The position numbers and the translations under genes were made by a program. From an uncultured Candidatus Saccharibacteria bacterium (GTDB taxonomy: Bacteria; Patescibacteriota; Minisyncoccia; Phycocordibacterales; CSBR16-119), in NCBI GenBank assembly GCA_964557535.1, contig CAZLAD010000001.1, positions 58,482 through 122,481 on the forward strand: a stretch of 64,000 nt of DNA. Reading direction: 5' to 3'. The notes below the pieces were generated by a model. The model saw nothing but the letters and a program-made list of their open reading frames with translations, was not told where the DNA came from and made no database searches. Position 1 is the first letter of the stretch. Each line of letters opens with the position of its first letter. Positions 52,431-61,401 of this stretch are shown here, piece after piece.

Positions 52431-52539
52431 AGATTGATTGGTTACAAATTCAGAAAAAAGCGGGTAGAATACGAAGGGTAAATTAATTATAAATTTTAAT
52501 ACAAGCTACGTCGCGCCGGGTGCGACTATCTCTAACGGG
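52421..52539 (+). repeat. IR-bounded element E5 (119 nt); left IR overlaps the scpB stop codon
   Basis: ATCCCGTTAGAGAT at 52421-52434 contains the scpB TAG. ...GTCGCGCCGGGTGCGACTATCTCTAACGGG is followed by ATG (dacA-like). Confidence 0.75.
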
Positions 52540-53481
52540 ATGAAGATTAGAATTAAAGAATCCGAAAGACAAATTATATTTGCGATGGTCTTACTGGCCA
52601 TCGTGGGTGTTTTTTATGTTCGTCAAATAAATCAAGAAATTATTTTAGGTGAAATAAAAGACAAAGAAATTCTCGCATACGAGGAATCGATTAAACCGTT
52701 TTTGAACTTGGCGCTCGAGGCCAAATCTTTCGCTATTTATGACGCTGATATAAATAATTTTGTTTACAAGAAAAACGCCGAGAGCGCCATGCCGCTTGCA
52801 AGTCTGGCCAAAGTCATGAGCGCGATTGTGGTGATGGAGAATGCACCGGCCGACACGGTGTTTGAAATTTCCAAAGAATCGCTTGACCAAGCCGCCGATC
52901 ATGGACTTCTACTTCATGAGAAATGGACTCGTGACGAACTTTTGAAATTTGCGCTACTTGTCTCTTCAAATGACGCTATTCACGAGCTTGCACTTGAAAC
53001 AGGCCAGATCATGGATCCCGAAGCCAAAGACTCGCTCCAAGTTTTCGTAGCGCGTATGAATACCAAAGCATCCGAACTAGGGCTCAAAAGTTTTGTCTTC
53101 AAAAACGAATCAGGACTTGATCTAAATGAAGCAGAAAATGGTGCGTATGGTTCGGCGCGCGACATGGCCAAACTTTTTGCTTACGCGGTCAAAACCTATC
53201 CAGAAATTTTTGACGTAACTCGCACCAAGATTGCGACGATTGCCTCACTTGATAAATCGCACAACATCGACAACACCAACACTGTCGTCGAAGAAATTCC
53301 TGGAATTGTCGCTTCAAAGACTGGATTTACGACTCTCACTGGTGGGAATTTGGTCGTAGCGACAACCCCCGATGCCAAATCAACTCGCGTTATGATAGTC
53401 ATGGGATCGACATATGATGAACGCTTTACCGACATGAAAACTCTCACCAGTGCCGTGGCCCATAGTAACAATAATTTATGA
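52540..53481 (+). CDS. dacA: D-alanyl-D-alanine carboxypeptidase (S11, PBP5/6-like)
   Basis: SLAKVMS (SxxK), SSND (SxN) and KTGFT (KTG) motifs. N-terminal TM or signal. Confidence 0.8.
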   Translation: MKIRIKESERQIIFAMVLLAIVGVFYVRQINQEIILGEIKDKEILAYEESIKPFLNLALEAKSFAIYDADINNFVYKKNAESAMPLASLAKVMSAIVVMENAPADTVFEISKESLDQAADHGLLLHEKWTRDELLKFALLVSSNDAIHELALETGQIMDPEAKDSLQVFVARMNTKASELGLKSFVFKNESGLDLNEAENGAYGSARDMAKLFAYAVKTYPEIFDVTRTKIATIASLDKSHNIDNTNTVVEEIPGIVASKTGFTTLTGGNLVVATTPDAKSTRVMIVMGSTYDERFTDMKTLTSAVAHSNNNL

Positions 53482-54548
53482 TGCTCGACCTCGTTAAAAT
53501 TTTCGTACCTGTCGTTCTGACTTTTACAATCGGGATTTTGATCACGCCTTTTTTCACGGGAATTTTTTACAAATATCGCATGTGGAAGCGTGTGGCTAGA
53601 AACGTCGATGGTGAAAGAAAAGACGATACGATGTCGGACGCTTTCAAAGCTTTAAAGACCGATAACGCCGAGAAAAAAACGCCGCGCGTTGGCGGGATTA
53701 TCATTTGGGCTTCAATAGTTCTGTCTACGCTTCTGCTTTTGCTTGTGGCGAAATTCCACCCAACGTATGTCACGACCAAACTAAACTTTGTTTCAAAAAA
53801 TCAAACATACTTGCCGTTCGTGGCACTACTTATCGGCGCCTTGTTTGGGCTCATAAATGATCTGATGACGATTTATGTCAAAAAGGGAATTTTCGTGAAC
53901 GGCTTTCCGAGGGGCTACATGATAAGTTTTGTCACGATTATCGGACTTGTCTTTGCTTCGTGGTTTTACTGGAAGCTTGGTGTTGATTATGTGATGTTGC
54001 CACTCACTCATCACTACATGTTTTTGGGAATTTGGTTTATTCCGGCGTTTGTCGGAGTTTTCTTGGCGACGTTTTCGTCCGGCGTGATTGACGGCATTGA
54101 TGGACTGGCTGGTGGCGTCATGGCAATTATTTTTGCCGCGCTTTCGGCTATTGCATATTTCCAAAACCAAATCGACATTGCGGCGTTTGCGCTCGTTATT
54201 GCCGGTGCCATCTTGGCATTTCTTTGGTTTAATATTCCGCCTGCACGTTTCTGGATGGGGGAGACGGGGATGCTCGGGCTTATGTTTGCGCTTGTCGTGA
54301 TCGTCTTTCTAACTGACACGGTGCTCATCCTCCCAATTATTGGATTACCACTCGTTCTCACTTCAGCATCGTCTTTTATCCAAATTATTTCCAAGAAGCT
54401 GCGTGGCCCGCAGGGTAAGGTGTTTCGCATTGCGCCACTCCATCATCACTTCGAAGCCCTCGGCTGGTCTCGTGAAAAAATCACCATGCGTTACTGGATC
54501 CTCTCGCTTATGTTTGCCGTCGTCGGTGTAATCGTAGCGCTCCTCTAG
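53478..54548 (+). CDS. mraY: Phospho-N-acetylmuramoyl-pentapeptide transferase
   Basis: 10 TM helices. DGIDGLAGG and HHHFE motifs. ATGA overlap with dacA. Confidence 0.9.
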   Translation: MMLDLVKIFVPVVLTFTIGILITPFFTGIFYKYRMWKRVARNVDGERKDDTMSDAFKALKTDNAEKKTPRVGGIIIWASIVLSTLLLLLVAKFHPTYVTTKLNFVSKNQTYLPFVALLIGALFGLINDLMTIYVKKGIFVNGFPRGYMISFVTIIGLVFASWFYWKLGVDYVMLPLTHHYMFLGIWFIPAFVGVFLATFSSGVIDGIDGLAGGVMAIIFAALSAIAYFQNQIDIAAFALVIAGAILAFLWFNIPPARFWMGETGMLGLMFALVVIVFLTDTVLILPIIGLPLVLTSASSFIQIISKKLRGPQGKVFRIAPLHHHFEALGWSREKITMRYWILSLMFAVVGVIVALL

Positions 54549-54613
54549 GTCTATTGACTTTTTTCAAAAAAACAAGATATAAAAAATACGAAAACCAACA
54601 AAGAACCTTCCCA

Positions 54614-55333
54614 ATGAAACTCAATCCCAACTTCGTCTTCGGGGCGGTTCTCGCCCTCGTCTTTACCTGCTTCCTTGCTGGCATGAAGGATAGCACGCTT
54701 CCATTCGTGCCGACACTCATCGTATCCTTCCTGGTGTGCTATCCCTGGAAGATCGGTAAGAATGTCTGGTCCGTCTTTGGCGGATTCAATGATGATGGGA
54801 GTGTCTATTCGCTTTTTGGTGTAGTCCAAATGGCTTCTGGTAGCGCCATTTCCGGTGGAGGAATCAGTCTTTTCCAATATGCTGGCGACAACTCTTTTCA
54901 GGCCATCGGACTCTGTCTCTATCAATATGCCGAAGGCCCAAGCCCCTTAAAAGTACAAGGCCAAGGTGTCGGCATAGCTGTGTGTATGAGGACTCGAGGT
55001 GGCTCTCTAGGACAACTCGTTGGCCTAACTCTATTCATGGAGTGTGAAAACGATAACGCAGTCCAAATTGCAGGCGTTGTCCTGTTTCAGAGAGGCATGC
55101 AGGTCTTTCAGGGTGTTGGTTTGTGCGGTGTGCAAATCTCTACCGAAACAAAGCTTAGTCAGTCGGATGATGGTGAAGCCATACAACGAGCTGGTCTGGT
55201 CCTGTATCAAAAGGCAAATCAGAGAGCTTATCAGGATATTGGCCTAAGGCTGTTCGTCAGTGGCGCCATCAAACGAGGAACATTCCTTACCATCACGATC
55301 TTTGAGAAGGAGAAGGAGGTGGTTCTGGCATAG
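54614..55333 (+). CDS. Membrane-anchored tandem-repeat protein (about nine 16-residue repeats), GC-rich insertion between mraY and ftsW
   Basis: About 54% GC. N-terminal TM (FVFGAVLALVFTCFLAG), then repeats with the core xQxxGLxL[FY]Q (FQAIGLCLYQ, GQLVGLTLFM, VQIAGVVLFQ, FQGVGLCGVQ, IQRAGLVLYQ, YQDIGLRLFV). It has its own terminator (55358-55392). The start is chosen at MKLNPN; the ORF track gives 54554. Confidence 0.5.
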   Translation: MKLNPNFVFGAVLALVFTCFLAGMKDSTLPFVPTLIVSFLVCYPWKIGKNVWSVFGGFNDDGSVYSLFGVVQMASGSAISGGGISLFQYAGDNSFQAIGLCLYQYAEGPSPLKVQGQGVGIAVCMRTRGGSLGQLVGLTLFMECENDNAVQIAGVVLFQRGMQVFQGVGLCGVQISTETKLSQSDDGEAIQRAGLVLYQKANQRAYQDIGLRLFVSGAIKRGTFLTITIFEKEKEVVLA

Positions 55334-55357
55334 AACACCATTGAACATAAGCGTTAC

Positions 55358-55392
55358 GCGCCCCGGAGAATACCGGGGCGCTATCGTTTTTC
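55358..55392 (+). terminator. Rho-independent terminator
   Basis: Stem CGCCCCGG/CCGGGGCG with loop AGAATA, then CTATCGTTTTTC. Confidence 0.8.
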
Positions 55393-55410
55393 TATGCTAA
55401 AATTTAGTCT

Positions 55411-56514
55411 ATGTCATCTCTTGGAAAAGTCGACAAGTTTTTTCTTTATACGGTTATTGCGCTACTCGTACTTGGCTACGTCAGTTTCGTATCCGCGTCT
55501 TTTGGTGTACTCGCCAAAAGTTCTTCTAAGTTTTGGAGCATGATCATTTCACAATCAATTGGACTTGTTCTCGGAGGATTTTTCATGTATTGGTTTTCGC
55601 GCATTGATTATAAGGTCTGGCGCAAATACGCCTTTTTTATTTTTATCGCTTCAATCGGACTCACACTTCTCGTTTTTATACCAGCGATCAGTCTCGAGCA
55701 TGGCGGAGCGAGGCGTTGGATTGATATCGGACCATTTTCTTTTCAGCCCGTCGAAGTTTTAAAAATCGCATTTGTGATGTACTTTGCCGGCTGGCTCTCG
55801 TGGGTCAAAGGTCGCGCCAAAGAGATAAAATATGGAATCTTGCCAATGCTTATCATGCTTGGAATTGTTGCGGGAATACTTTTACAACAACCAGACACAA
55901 AAAGCATAATTCTTTTGTTTGTTGCCGGATCATCAATGTTGCTTTTGTCTGGCGTACCATGGAAATATGTTTTGTATGGAATGATAATCGCAGTTTTGTT
56001 TTTCGGGGTCTTGGCTTTTTCGAAATCTTATCTGATGAATCGCGTAAAAACTTTTCTTGATCCAAGTGCCGACAGATTGGGTTCTTCTTACCAGTTAAAT
56101 AATGCAATTATCGCCGTTGGTTCTGGGGGAATTTTTGGTCGTGGTTTGGGTCAAAGTATTCAAAAATTTACTTATTTGCCAGAACCCCAGGGCGACTCGA
56201 TTTTCGCCGTAATTGGTGAAGAATTTGGCCTCGTCGGATCTCTAATCATCGTATTGCTCTTTATTATTTTTGGTCTAAGGGGTCTCCGGATAGCTTATCG
56301 AGCACCGGATTCGTTCGGTAGACTAATGGTCGCCGGAATTGTTATACTGATGGTAGGGCAATCATTTTTAAATATTGCTTCGATTATTGGTCTTTTCCCT
56401 TTGACGGGAGTTCCGCTTGTTTTTATAAGTCAGGGGGGGACAGCTCTGATTGTCGCCATGATGGCCACAGGGATTATTCTAAACGTTTCTAGATATCAGT
56501 TACAAAATCGGTAG
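55411..56514 (+). CDS. ftsW: SEDS-family peptidoglycan glycosyltransferase FtsW/RodA
   Basis: 10 TM topology. Conserved loop NAIIAVGSGGIFGRGLGQSIQKFTYLPEPQGDSIFAVIGEEFG. Confidence 0.88.
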   Translation: MSSLGKVDKFFLYTVIALLVLGYVSFVSASFGVLAKSSSKFWSMIISQSIGLVLGGFFMYWFSRIDYKVWRKYAFFIFIASIGLTLLVFIPAISLEHGGARRWIDIGPFSFQPVEVLKIAFVMYFAGWLSWVKGRAKEIKYGILPMLIMLGIVAGILLQQPDTKSIILLFVAGSSMLLLSGVPWKYVLYGMIIAVLFFGVLAFSKSYLMNRVKTFLDPSADRLGSSYQLNNAIIAVGSGGIFGRGLGQSIQKFTYLPEPQGDSIFAVIGEEFGLVGSLIIVLLFIIFGLRGLRIAYRAPDSFGRLMVAGIVILMVGQSFLNIASIIGLFPLTGVPLVFISQGGTALIVAMMATGIILNVSRYQLQNR

Positions 56515-56521
56515 GATATAA

Positions 56522-56638
56522 ATCCCGTTAGAGATGTCGTAGTCAAAATTATTCAGGAAGGTTATAAAATAATGGTCGTCAATTACTTACAAAATATTAA
56601 GTCAGATACGCAAACCAAAGTTTGCTATCTCTAACAGG
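56522..56638 (+). repeat. IR-bounded element E6 (117 nt) filling the ftsW-murG spacer
   Basis: ATCCCGTTAGAGAT ... GGTCGTCAATTACTTACAAAAT...GATACGCAAACCAAAGTTTGCTATCTCTAACAGG followed by the murG ATG. Confidence 0.75.
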
Positions 56639-57769
56639 ATGAAAATTGTTATTACAGGCGGTGGTTCGGGAGGGCATTTTTATCCTGCTATCGCAATAGC
56701 AGAGAAGTTGAACGAACTTGCATTGGCTGAAAAAATTTTAGATCTTGAGCTTTTTTATATTGCCGACACCCCATACGACAAACGCGCGCTCGACGACAAT
56801 CGAATGACTTTTTTGGAACTAAATACTGGAAAACAAAGAACATATTTTTCTGTTCAAAATTTTTTTGATATCTTCAAAACTTTTTTCGCGACAATTCGAG
56901 CAATTTTTATCCTTTATAAAATTTTTCCAGATGTTGTTTTCTCCAAAGGTGGCTATCCGTCGGTTCCGGTGACTATTGCTTCGAGAGTGCTTGGGATACC
57001 TGTCGTTATCCACGAATCAGATTCTGTACCTGGACGCGCCAACAAAATGGCTGGTAAGTGGGCAAAACGTATTGCGATTTCTTACAAAGAAGCTTCGGAT
57101 TATTTCCCCAAAGAAAAAACCGCTTTCGTTGGACACATTGTCAGAAAAGAAATTCGAACACCGCTTAGAGAGGGGGCTTTTGAATATCTAAAATTAAAGT
57201 CTTCTTTGCCTGTTATTTTTATTTTGGGTGGTTCGCAAGGTGCCAAGATAATAAACGAGACGATTTTAAATGCTTTGCCAGAGCTTGTCACGAGATATCA
57301 AATTATCCATCAGACAGGAGTAAAAAATTTTGAAGAAGTGAAAATTATTGCCGATCTAAATCTAAAAGAATCAGAAGCCAAACAAAATTATTATCCATAT
57401 CCATATCTAAACAAACTAGCCATACGTATGGCGGCGGGGGTCGCGGAGCTTGTCGTCTCTCGTGCGGGAGCAAATTCTATTGCCGAAATAGCATCATGGG
57501 GACTACCGTCTATCATCATCCCGATAACAAAAACAAATGGTGATCACCAGCGCAACAATGCGTTTAACTATGCTGAAACAGGAGCATGTGTAGTAATCGA
57601 AGAATCCAATTTGGCTCCGAATGTTTTGATCGAAGAAATAGATAGGCTTTTTGCTGATACAGCGACCTTTAAAAACATGAAGGAAGCAACATCAAAATTT
57701 GTTTTTCCAGACGCCGAAGAAAAAATTGCCCGAGAGATAATTAATATCGGACTTTCCCATGAGCAATAA
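56639..57769 (+). CDS. murG: UDP-GlcNAc:MurNAc-pentapeptide GlcNAc transferase
   Basis: N-terminal GGGSGGHFYPA loop. GT-B fold. C-terminal UDP-binding region. Confidence 0.9.
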   Translation: MKIVITGGGSGGHFYPAIAIAEKLNELALAEKILDLELFYIADTPYDKRALDDNRMTFLELNTGKQRTYFSVQNFFDIFKTFFATIRAIFILYKIFPDVVFSKGGYPSVPVTIASRVLGIPVVIHESDSVPGRANKMAGKWAKRIAISYKEASDYFPKEKTAFVGHIVRKEIRTPLREGAFEYLKLKSSLPVIFILGGSQGAKIINETILNALPELVTRYQIIHQTGVKNFEEVKIIADLNLKESEAKQNYYPYPYLNKLAIRMAAGVAELVVSRAGANSIAEIASWGLPSIIIPITKTNGDHQRNNAFNYAETGACVVIEESNLAPNVLIEEIDRLFADTATFKNMKEATSKFVFPDAEEKIAREIINIGLSHEQ

Positions 57770-59060
57770 TATTGTCACAAGAATGGCGCCGTCCCCGACG
57801 GGGAAATTTCATATCGGTTCTGCTCGAACGGCGCTTTTTTCATATCTTTTTTCTCGACACCATAATGGCAAATTTATTCTGCGTATCGAAGACACCGACA
57901 AAGAACGTTCGAAACCAGAATTTGAGGCGAACATTATCGAATCTTTCGAATGGCTTGGTCTTAAGTACGATGAATTTTATCGACAATCAGAGCGCACCGA
58001 AATATACAAAGAACAATTGAAAAAATTGATTGATTCTGGTTCGGCTTATGTTTCCAAAGAAGAAATTAAAGAAGTTGGCGACAGGGAAGAAGTAATCCGT
58101 TTCAAAAATCCGAACATCAAGATTAAATTCGAAGACGTTGTCCTCGGAGATATTGAATTTGATACGACTGACCTTGGGGATTTTGTTATTGCCAAAGATT
58201 TAGAAACACCTCTTTATCATTTAACTGTGGTTGTTGATGACGGTCTCATGGGAGTAAGTCATGTAATCCGCGCTCAGGAACACCTGTCAAATACTCCAAG
58301 ACAAATACTTATCCTCGAGGCGCTGGGCTTTGCTAGGCCGATTTATGCGCATATTCCGCTTGTCCTCGCTCCGGATAAGACCAAGATGTCGAAAAGGCAT
58401 GGTGCGACGGCGCTCCTTGATTTTCGCGATATGGGATATCTGCCGGAGGCCGTTTTGAACTTCTTGGCATTTCTCGGCTGGAATCCTGGAACGGAACAAG
58501 AGCTTTTCTCACTTGAAGAATTAGTCAAAGAATTTTCACTCGAAAAAGTCCAGAAATCGGGTGGCGTTTTCAATATCGAAAAATTAAATTGGTACAACAA
58601 AGAATACATCAAGAAAATGTCACAGGAAGTATTGCTTACCGAGATCAAAAAATATTTGGATTGGCCAGAAGACATGATTATGCGCGCCAAAGAGGCCATC
58701 GTTGAACGTATCAATAAATTCTCTGATTTGTCGGACGAGGCGGAATTTGGATTTTACAAAACTTTGCCAGATTACTCGGCCGAAAATCTGATTTGGAAAA
58801 AGTCTGACAAGGAAAAAACTTTGGTTCACTTAGAAAAAATGCGGGACATGCTTTCGAACGCTGATTTCACTTCTGTTGATTCTATAAAAAATGCTGTTTG
58901 GGATTATGTCGAAGTGAATGGCAGGGGTGACGTCTTGTGGCCAACCCGATTTGCACTTTCTGGCAAGGATAAATCTCCCGATCCAATAACGCTTGCGTAT
59001 ATTTTTGGAAAAGAAGAAACAATAAAGCGAATTAGTTTAGCCATAGATAAAATTAAATAG
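57759..59060 (+). CDS. gltX: Glutamyl-tRNA synthetase (short form)
   Basis: PSPTGKFHIGSART (HIGH) and KMSKR motifs. 433 aa. Overlaps the murG end by 11 nt. Confidence 0.92.
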   Translation: MSNNIVTRMAPSPTGKFHIGSARTALFSYLFSRHHNGKFILRIEDTDKERSKPEFEANIIESFEWLGLKYDEFYRQSERTEIYKEQLKKLIDSGSAYVSKEEIKEVGDREEVIRFKNPNIKIKFEDVVLGDIEFDTTDLGDFVIAKDLETPLYHLTVVVDDGLMGVSHVIRAQEHLSNTPRQILILEALGFARPIYAHIPLVLAPDKTKMSKRHGATALLDFRDMGYLPEAVLNFLAFLGWNPGTEQELFSLEELVKEFSLEKVQKSGGVFNIEKLNWYNKEYIKKMSQEVLLTEIKKYLDWPEDMIMRAKEAIVERINKFSDLSDEAEFGFYKTLPDYSAENLIWKKSDKEKTLVHLEKMRDMLSNADFTSVDSIKNAVWDYVEVNGRGDVLWPTRFALSGKDKSPDPITLAYIFGKEETIKRISLAIDKIK

Positions 59061-59317
59061 CAGAAAACCTCGGCGAACGCCGAGGTCTAGCAGAAGCAAT
59101 TCCTTTAGGGTTAGGTGTTTGGGGCACCCACATTCAATACCAGACATCACCGAAGTGACTGCCGTCTAGTACATACTCCAGCCCGAAGGCTTTGCCCTGT
59201 TCGTGTGCGAGGCGCATACCCAAATTATCGCACGTGAATCAGCATTGCTTTTCTTGGAAGAACTTCTGCCGTACAGAAGATTATCAAAAGCCGTAATTCC
59301 TGTCAATTGAATCAAAA

Positions 59318-59326
59318 TGCTATACT
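59318..59326 (+). promoter_or_regulatory. Extended -10 TGcTATACT 6 nt upstream of the GTG start of the M23 peptidase gene
   Basis: TGCTATACT, then tggttc, then GTG at 59333. Confidence 0.5.
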
Positions 59327-59332
59327 TGGTTC

Positions 59333-60649
59333 GTGAGATCAGGATTCTTTAAGATTTTCGTAATTCTCGTTTTGATTGTGACGGTAATAAATACTGGCAA
59401 GGTAATTCTCTTTGCCCAAAATTCCGACATCCAGGCTGAACTCGACGCCAAAGCGAAAGCCAAAGCTGAACTCGAAGAACAACTTCGAAAAGATCAGGCG
59501 AAACTAGATGCTATCAGTGCCGAGAAAAATACGCTAGACAAGACTGTTAAAGAACTTGATCTAACCGGCAAAAAACTCACCACCGAAGTAAAACTTACTC
59601 AGTCAAAAATTGGTGTTGTCGCCGAAAATATTCAGATTTTGAATTCAACGATCTCTGAGCGCCAAAAAACTATAAATAATTTCAAAAAGACAATCGGTCA
59701 AAACATCAAAAGTCTAGATGAATCAAGCAATGAACCATTCGTGTTGCGTGTATTGTCAAAGGGCAACATAACAGACGCAATCAAAGAATCCGAAGAGCAG
59801 AGAATTTTGAATGAAAAAATGGGTGAAGCGATTAATTCACTTTTGACCGAGACCGAACGACTGAATCGCGACAAAGAAGATCGCGAAGCCAAGAAGCAGG
59901 ATCTGGAAGAATACAAGGGCGAAGTTGTTGATCAGAAGAATCAGGTTGACGCCAACAAGAAAGAAAAAACTGTTCTCCTGACTCAAACCAAGAGCCAAGA
60001 AGCCGCTTACAAAAAAATTATTGAGGAAAAACTAAAACTAAAAGCTCAGTTCGAATCAGATTTGGCGGCGCTCGAAGCCAAACTTAGTTTTGATTCTGGT
60101 TCGGCCAATTATCCAAAAGCCAAGCACGGACTTTTGGCTTGGCCACTCGAACACGTACTTATCACCCAAGGGTTTGGTCTTACGGAAAGTTCATACAGAC
60201 TTTATTCATATCGCACGGGGCCATTTCGTGGTCGTCATGCTGGGGTAGATTTTCGGGCGAATTCTGACAAAGTTTTCGCCATGGCTGATGGAGTGGTGGT
60301 GGGGGCGGGCAATACCGATACTGTTTGTCCGAAAGCCTCGACCGGTATCTGGGTGCTTCTCAAATACGACAACGGTTTAGCTAGTACTTACTTTCATCTG
60401 TCGCAGACCTTGGTCAAAGCCGGTCAGCGTGTCAAAACGGGCGATCTCATCGCATATAGTGGTAATACCGGGTATTCGACCGCACCACATTTGCATGTGG
60501 GTGTCATGCCAGCTCAGGCCGTGTCCGTGACAACTTGGGCCTCGGCGGGGTGCCCCGGCAAGAACTATACGACGCCGGTTGTGGCGAACTCTTTCTATCT
60601 CAACCCGCTTGATTATCTACCTCAGGCAACCGATGCAATGTTTAAATAA
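59333..60649 (+). CDS. M23/LytM-family peptidoglycan metalloendopeptidase with N-terminal coiled coil (EnvC-like)
   Basis: N-terminal TM, an approximately 230-aa coiled-coil region, and a C-terminal LytM domain (HAGVDFRA...YFHLSQ...HLHVGV). Confidence 0.8.
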   Translation: MRSGFFKIFVILVLIVTVINTGKVILFAQNSDIQAELDAKAKAKAELEEQLRKDQAKLDAISAEKNTLDKTVKELDLTGKKLTTEVKLTQSKIGVVAENIQILNSTISERQKTINNFKKTIGQNIKSLDESSNEPFVLRVLSKGNITDAIKESEEQRILNEKMGEAINSLLTETERLNRDKEDREAKKQDLEEYKGEVVDQKNQVDANKKEKTVLLTQTKSQEAAYKKIIEEKLKLKAQFESDLAALEAKLSFDSGSANYPKAKHGLLAWPLEHVLITQGFGLTESSYRLYSYRTGPFRGRHAGVDFRANSDKVFAMADGVVVGAGNTDTVCPKASTGIWVLLKYDNGLASTYFHLSQTLVKAGQRVKTGDLIAYSGNTGYSTAPHLHVGVMPAQAVSVTTWASAGCPGKNYTTPVVANSFYLNPLDYLPQATDAMFK

Positions 60650-60656
60650 TTTATTT

Positions 60657-60914
60657 ATGAAAAGTTTTTCTGATAAAGTTTTAGATATTGTTCGGCACAT
60701 CAAAAGAGGCCAAACTTTGACGTACAAACAAGTTGCAAAGAAAGCGGGGAATGAGAAAGCCTCGCGCGCGGTTGGTACGATCATGGCGCACAATTTCCGA
60801 CCAGATGTCCCATGTCATCGCGTCATCAGATCGGATGGGACTATCGGAAACTATAATCGTGGCGGAACACTTGCAAAAAAGAGGCTGTTGAGAACTGAGG
60901 GCGCATTGGCGTAG
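60657..60914 (+). CDS. Methylated-DNA-protein-cysteine methyltransferase family DNA-binding domain protein (MGMT/Ogt C-terminal domain, 85 aa)
   Basis: The active-site motif PCHRVI is present together with an HTH (TYKQVAKKAG). The start is chosen at MKSFSDK; the ORF track gives 60579. Confidence 0.7.
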   Translation: MKSFSDKVLDIVRHIKRGQTLTYKQVAKKAGNEKASRAVGTIMAHNFRPDVPCHRVIRSDGTIGNYNRGGTLAKKRLLRTEGALA

Positions 60915-60937
60915 ATTTGCTATTATTTAAGTACGTG

Positions 60938-61056
60938 TCCCGGTAGTGATACCTCGGTTTTGGATGGGATAATTAGTAATCTAACCACGGTCGTGAATTC
61001 TTTACAAAAAACTAACTTCGATACGCAAATTTAATAAATTTGCTATCACTATCGGG
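60938..61056 (+). repeat. IR-bounded element E7 (119 nt) ending at the ATG of the 61057 gene
   Basis: TCCCGGTAGTGATA ... CCACGGTCGTGAATTCTTTACAAAAAACTAACTTCGATACGCAAATTTAATAAATTTGCTATCACTATCGGG followed by ATG. It contains the same CACGGTCGTG motif as the grpE promoter region. Confidence 0.75.
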
Positions 61057-61386
61057 ATGATAAAAATCCTCGTCGGTGTGATTCTCTTGCTTGTTGTGCT
61101 CGGACTTTTGGGTGTATCTGTCCAGCACGATGTTATCGAACATGAAGGTGTTCAAGAAAACGTCTCGTATGTCTCGACAGGGGTCGTGGGATTTTGGAAT
61201 ACATATTTATCTCAACCCGCGCAATGGTTATGGCAAGAACTCATTGTAAATATTCTCTGGGAAACTTTTGCTCGAAATATGGAACGTCTACGTGACGGCG
61301 AGACTCCGACTGACTTCACCAATTCGCACCTCGACGACTGGCCAAGTATCCCGGAACTTATCGACAATTACAACGCGAATAATTAA
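61057..61386 (+). CDS. Hypothetical membrane-anchored protein (109 aa)
   Basis: N-terminal TM (IKILVGVILLLVVLGLLGV). No motifs. Confidence 0.45.
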   Translation: MIKILVGVILLLVVLGLLGVSVQHDVIEHEGVQENVSYVSTGVVGFWNTYLSQPAQWLWQELIVNILWETFARNMERLRDGETPTDFTNSHLDDWPSIPELIDNYNANN

Positions 61387-61401
61387 AAATAGATTCAAAA
61401 C

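Noticed and set aside
60579-60656. Upstream extension of the MGMT-like gene (ORF-track start 60579)
   Set aside because: It would overlap the 3' end of the M23 peptidase gene. The conserved domain starts at the internal Met (60657).
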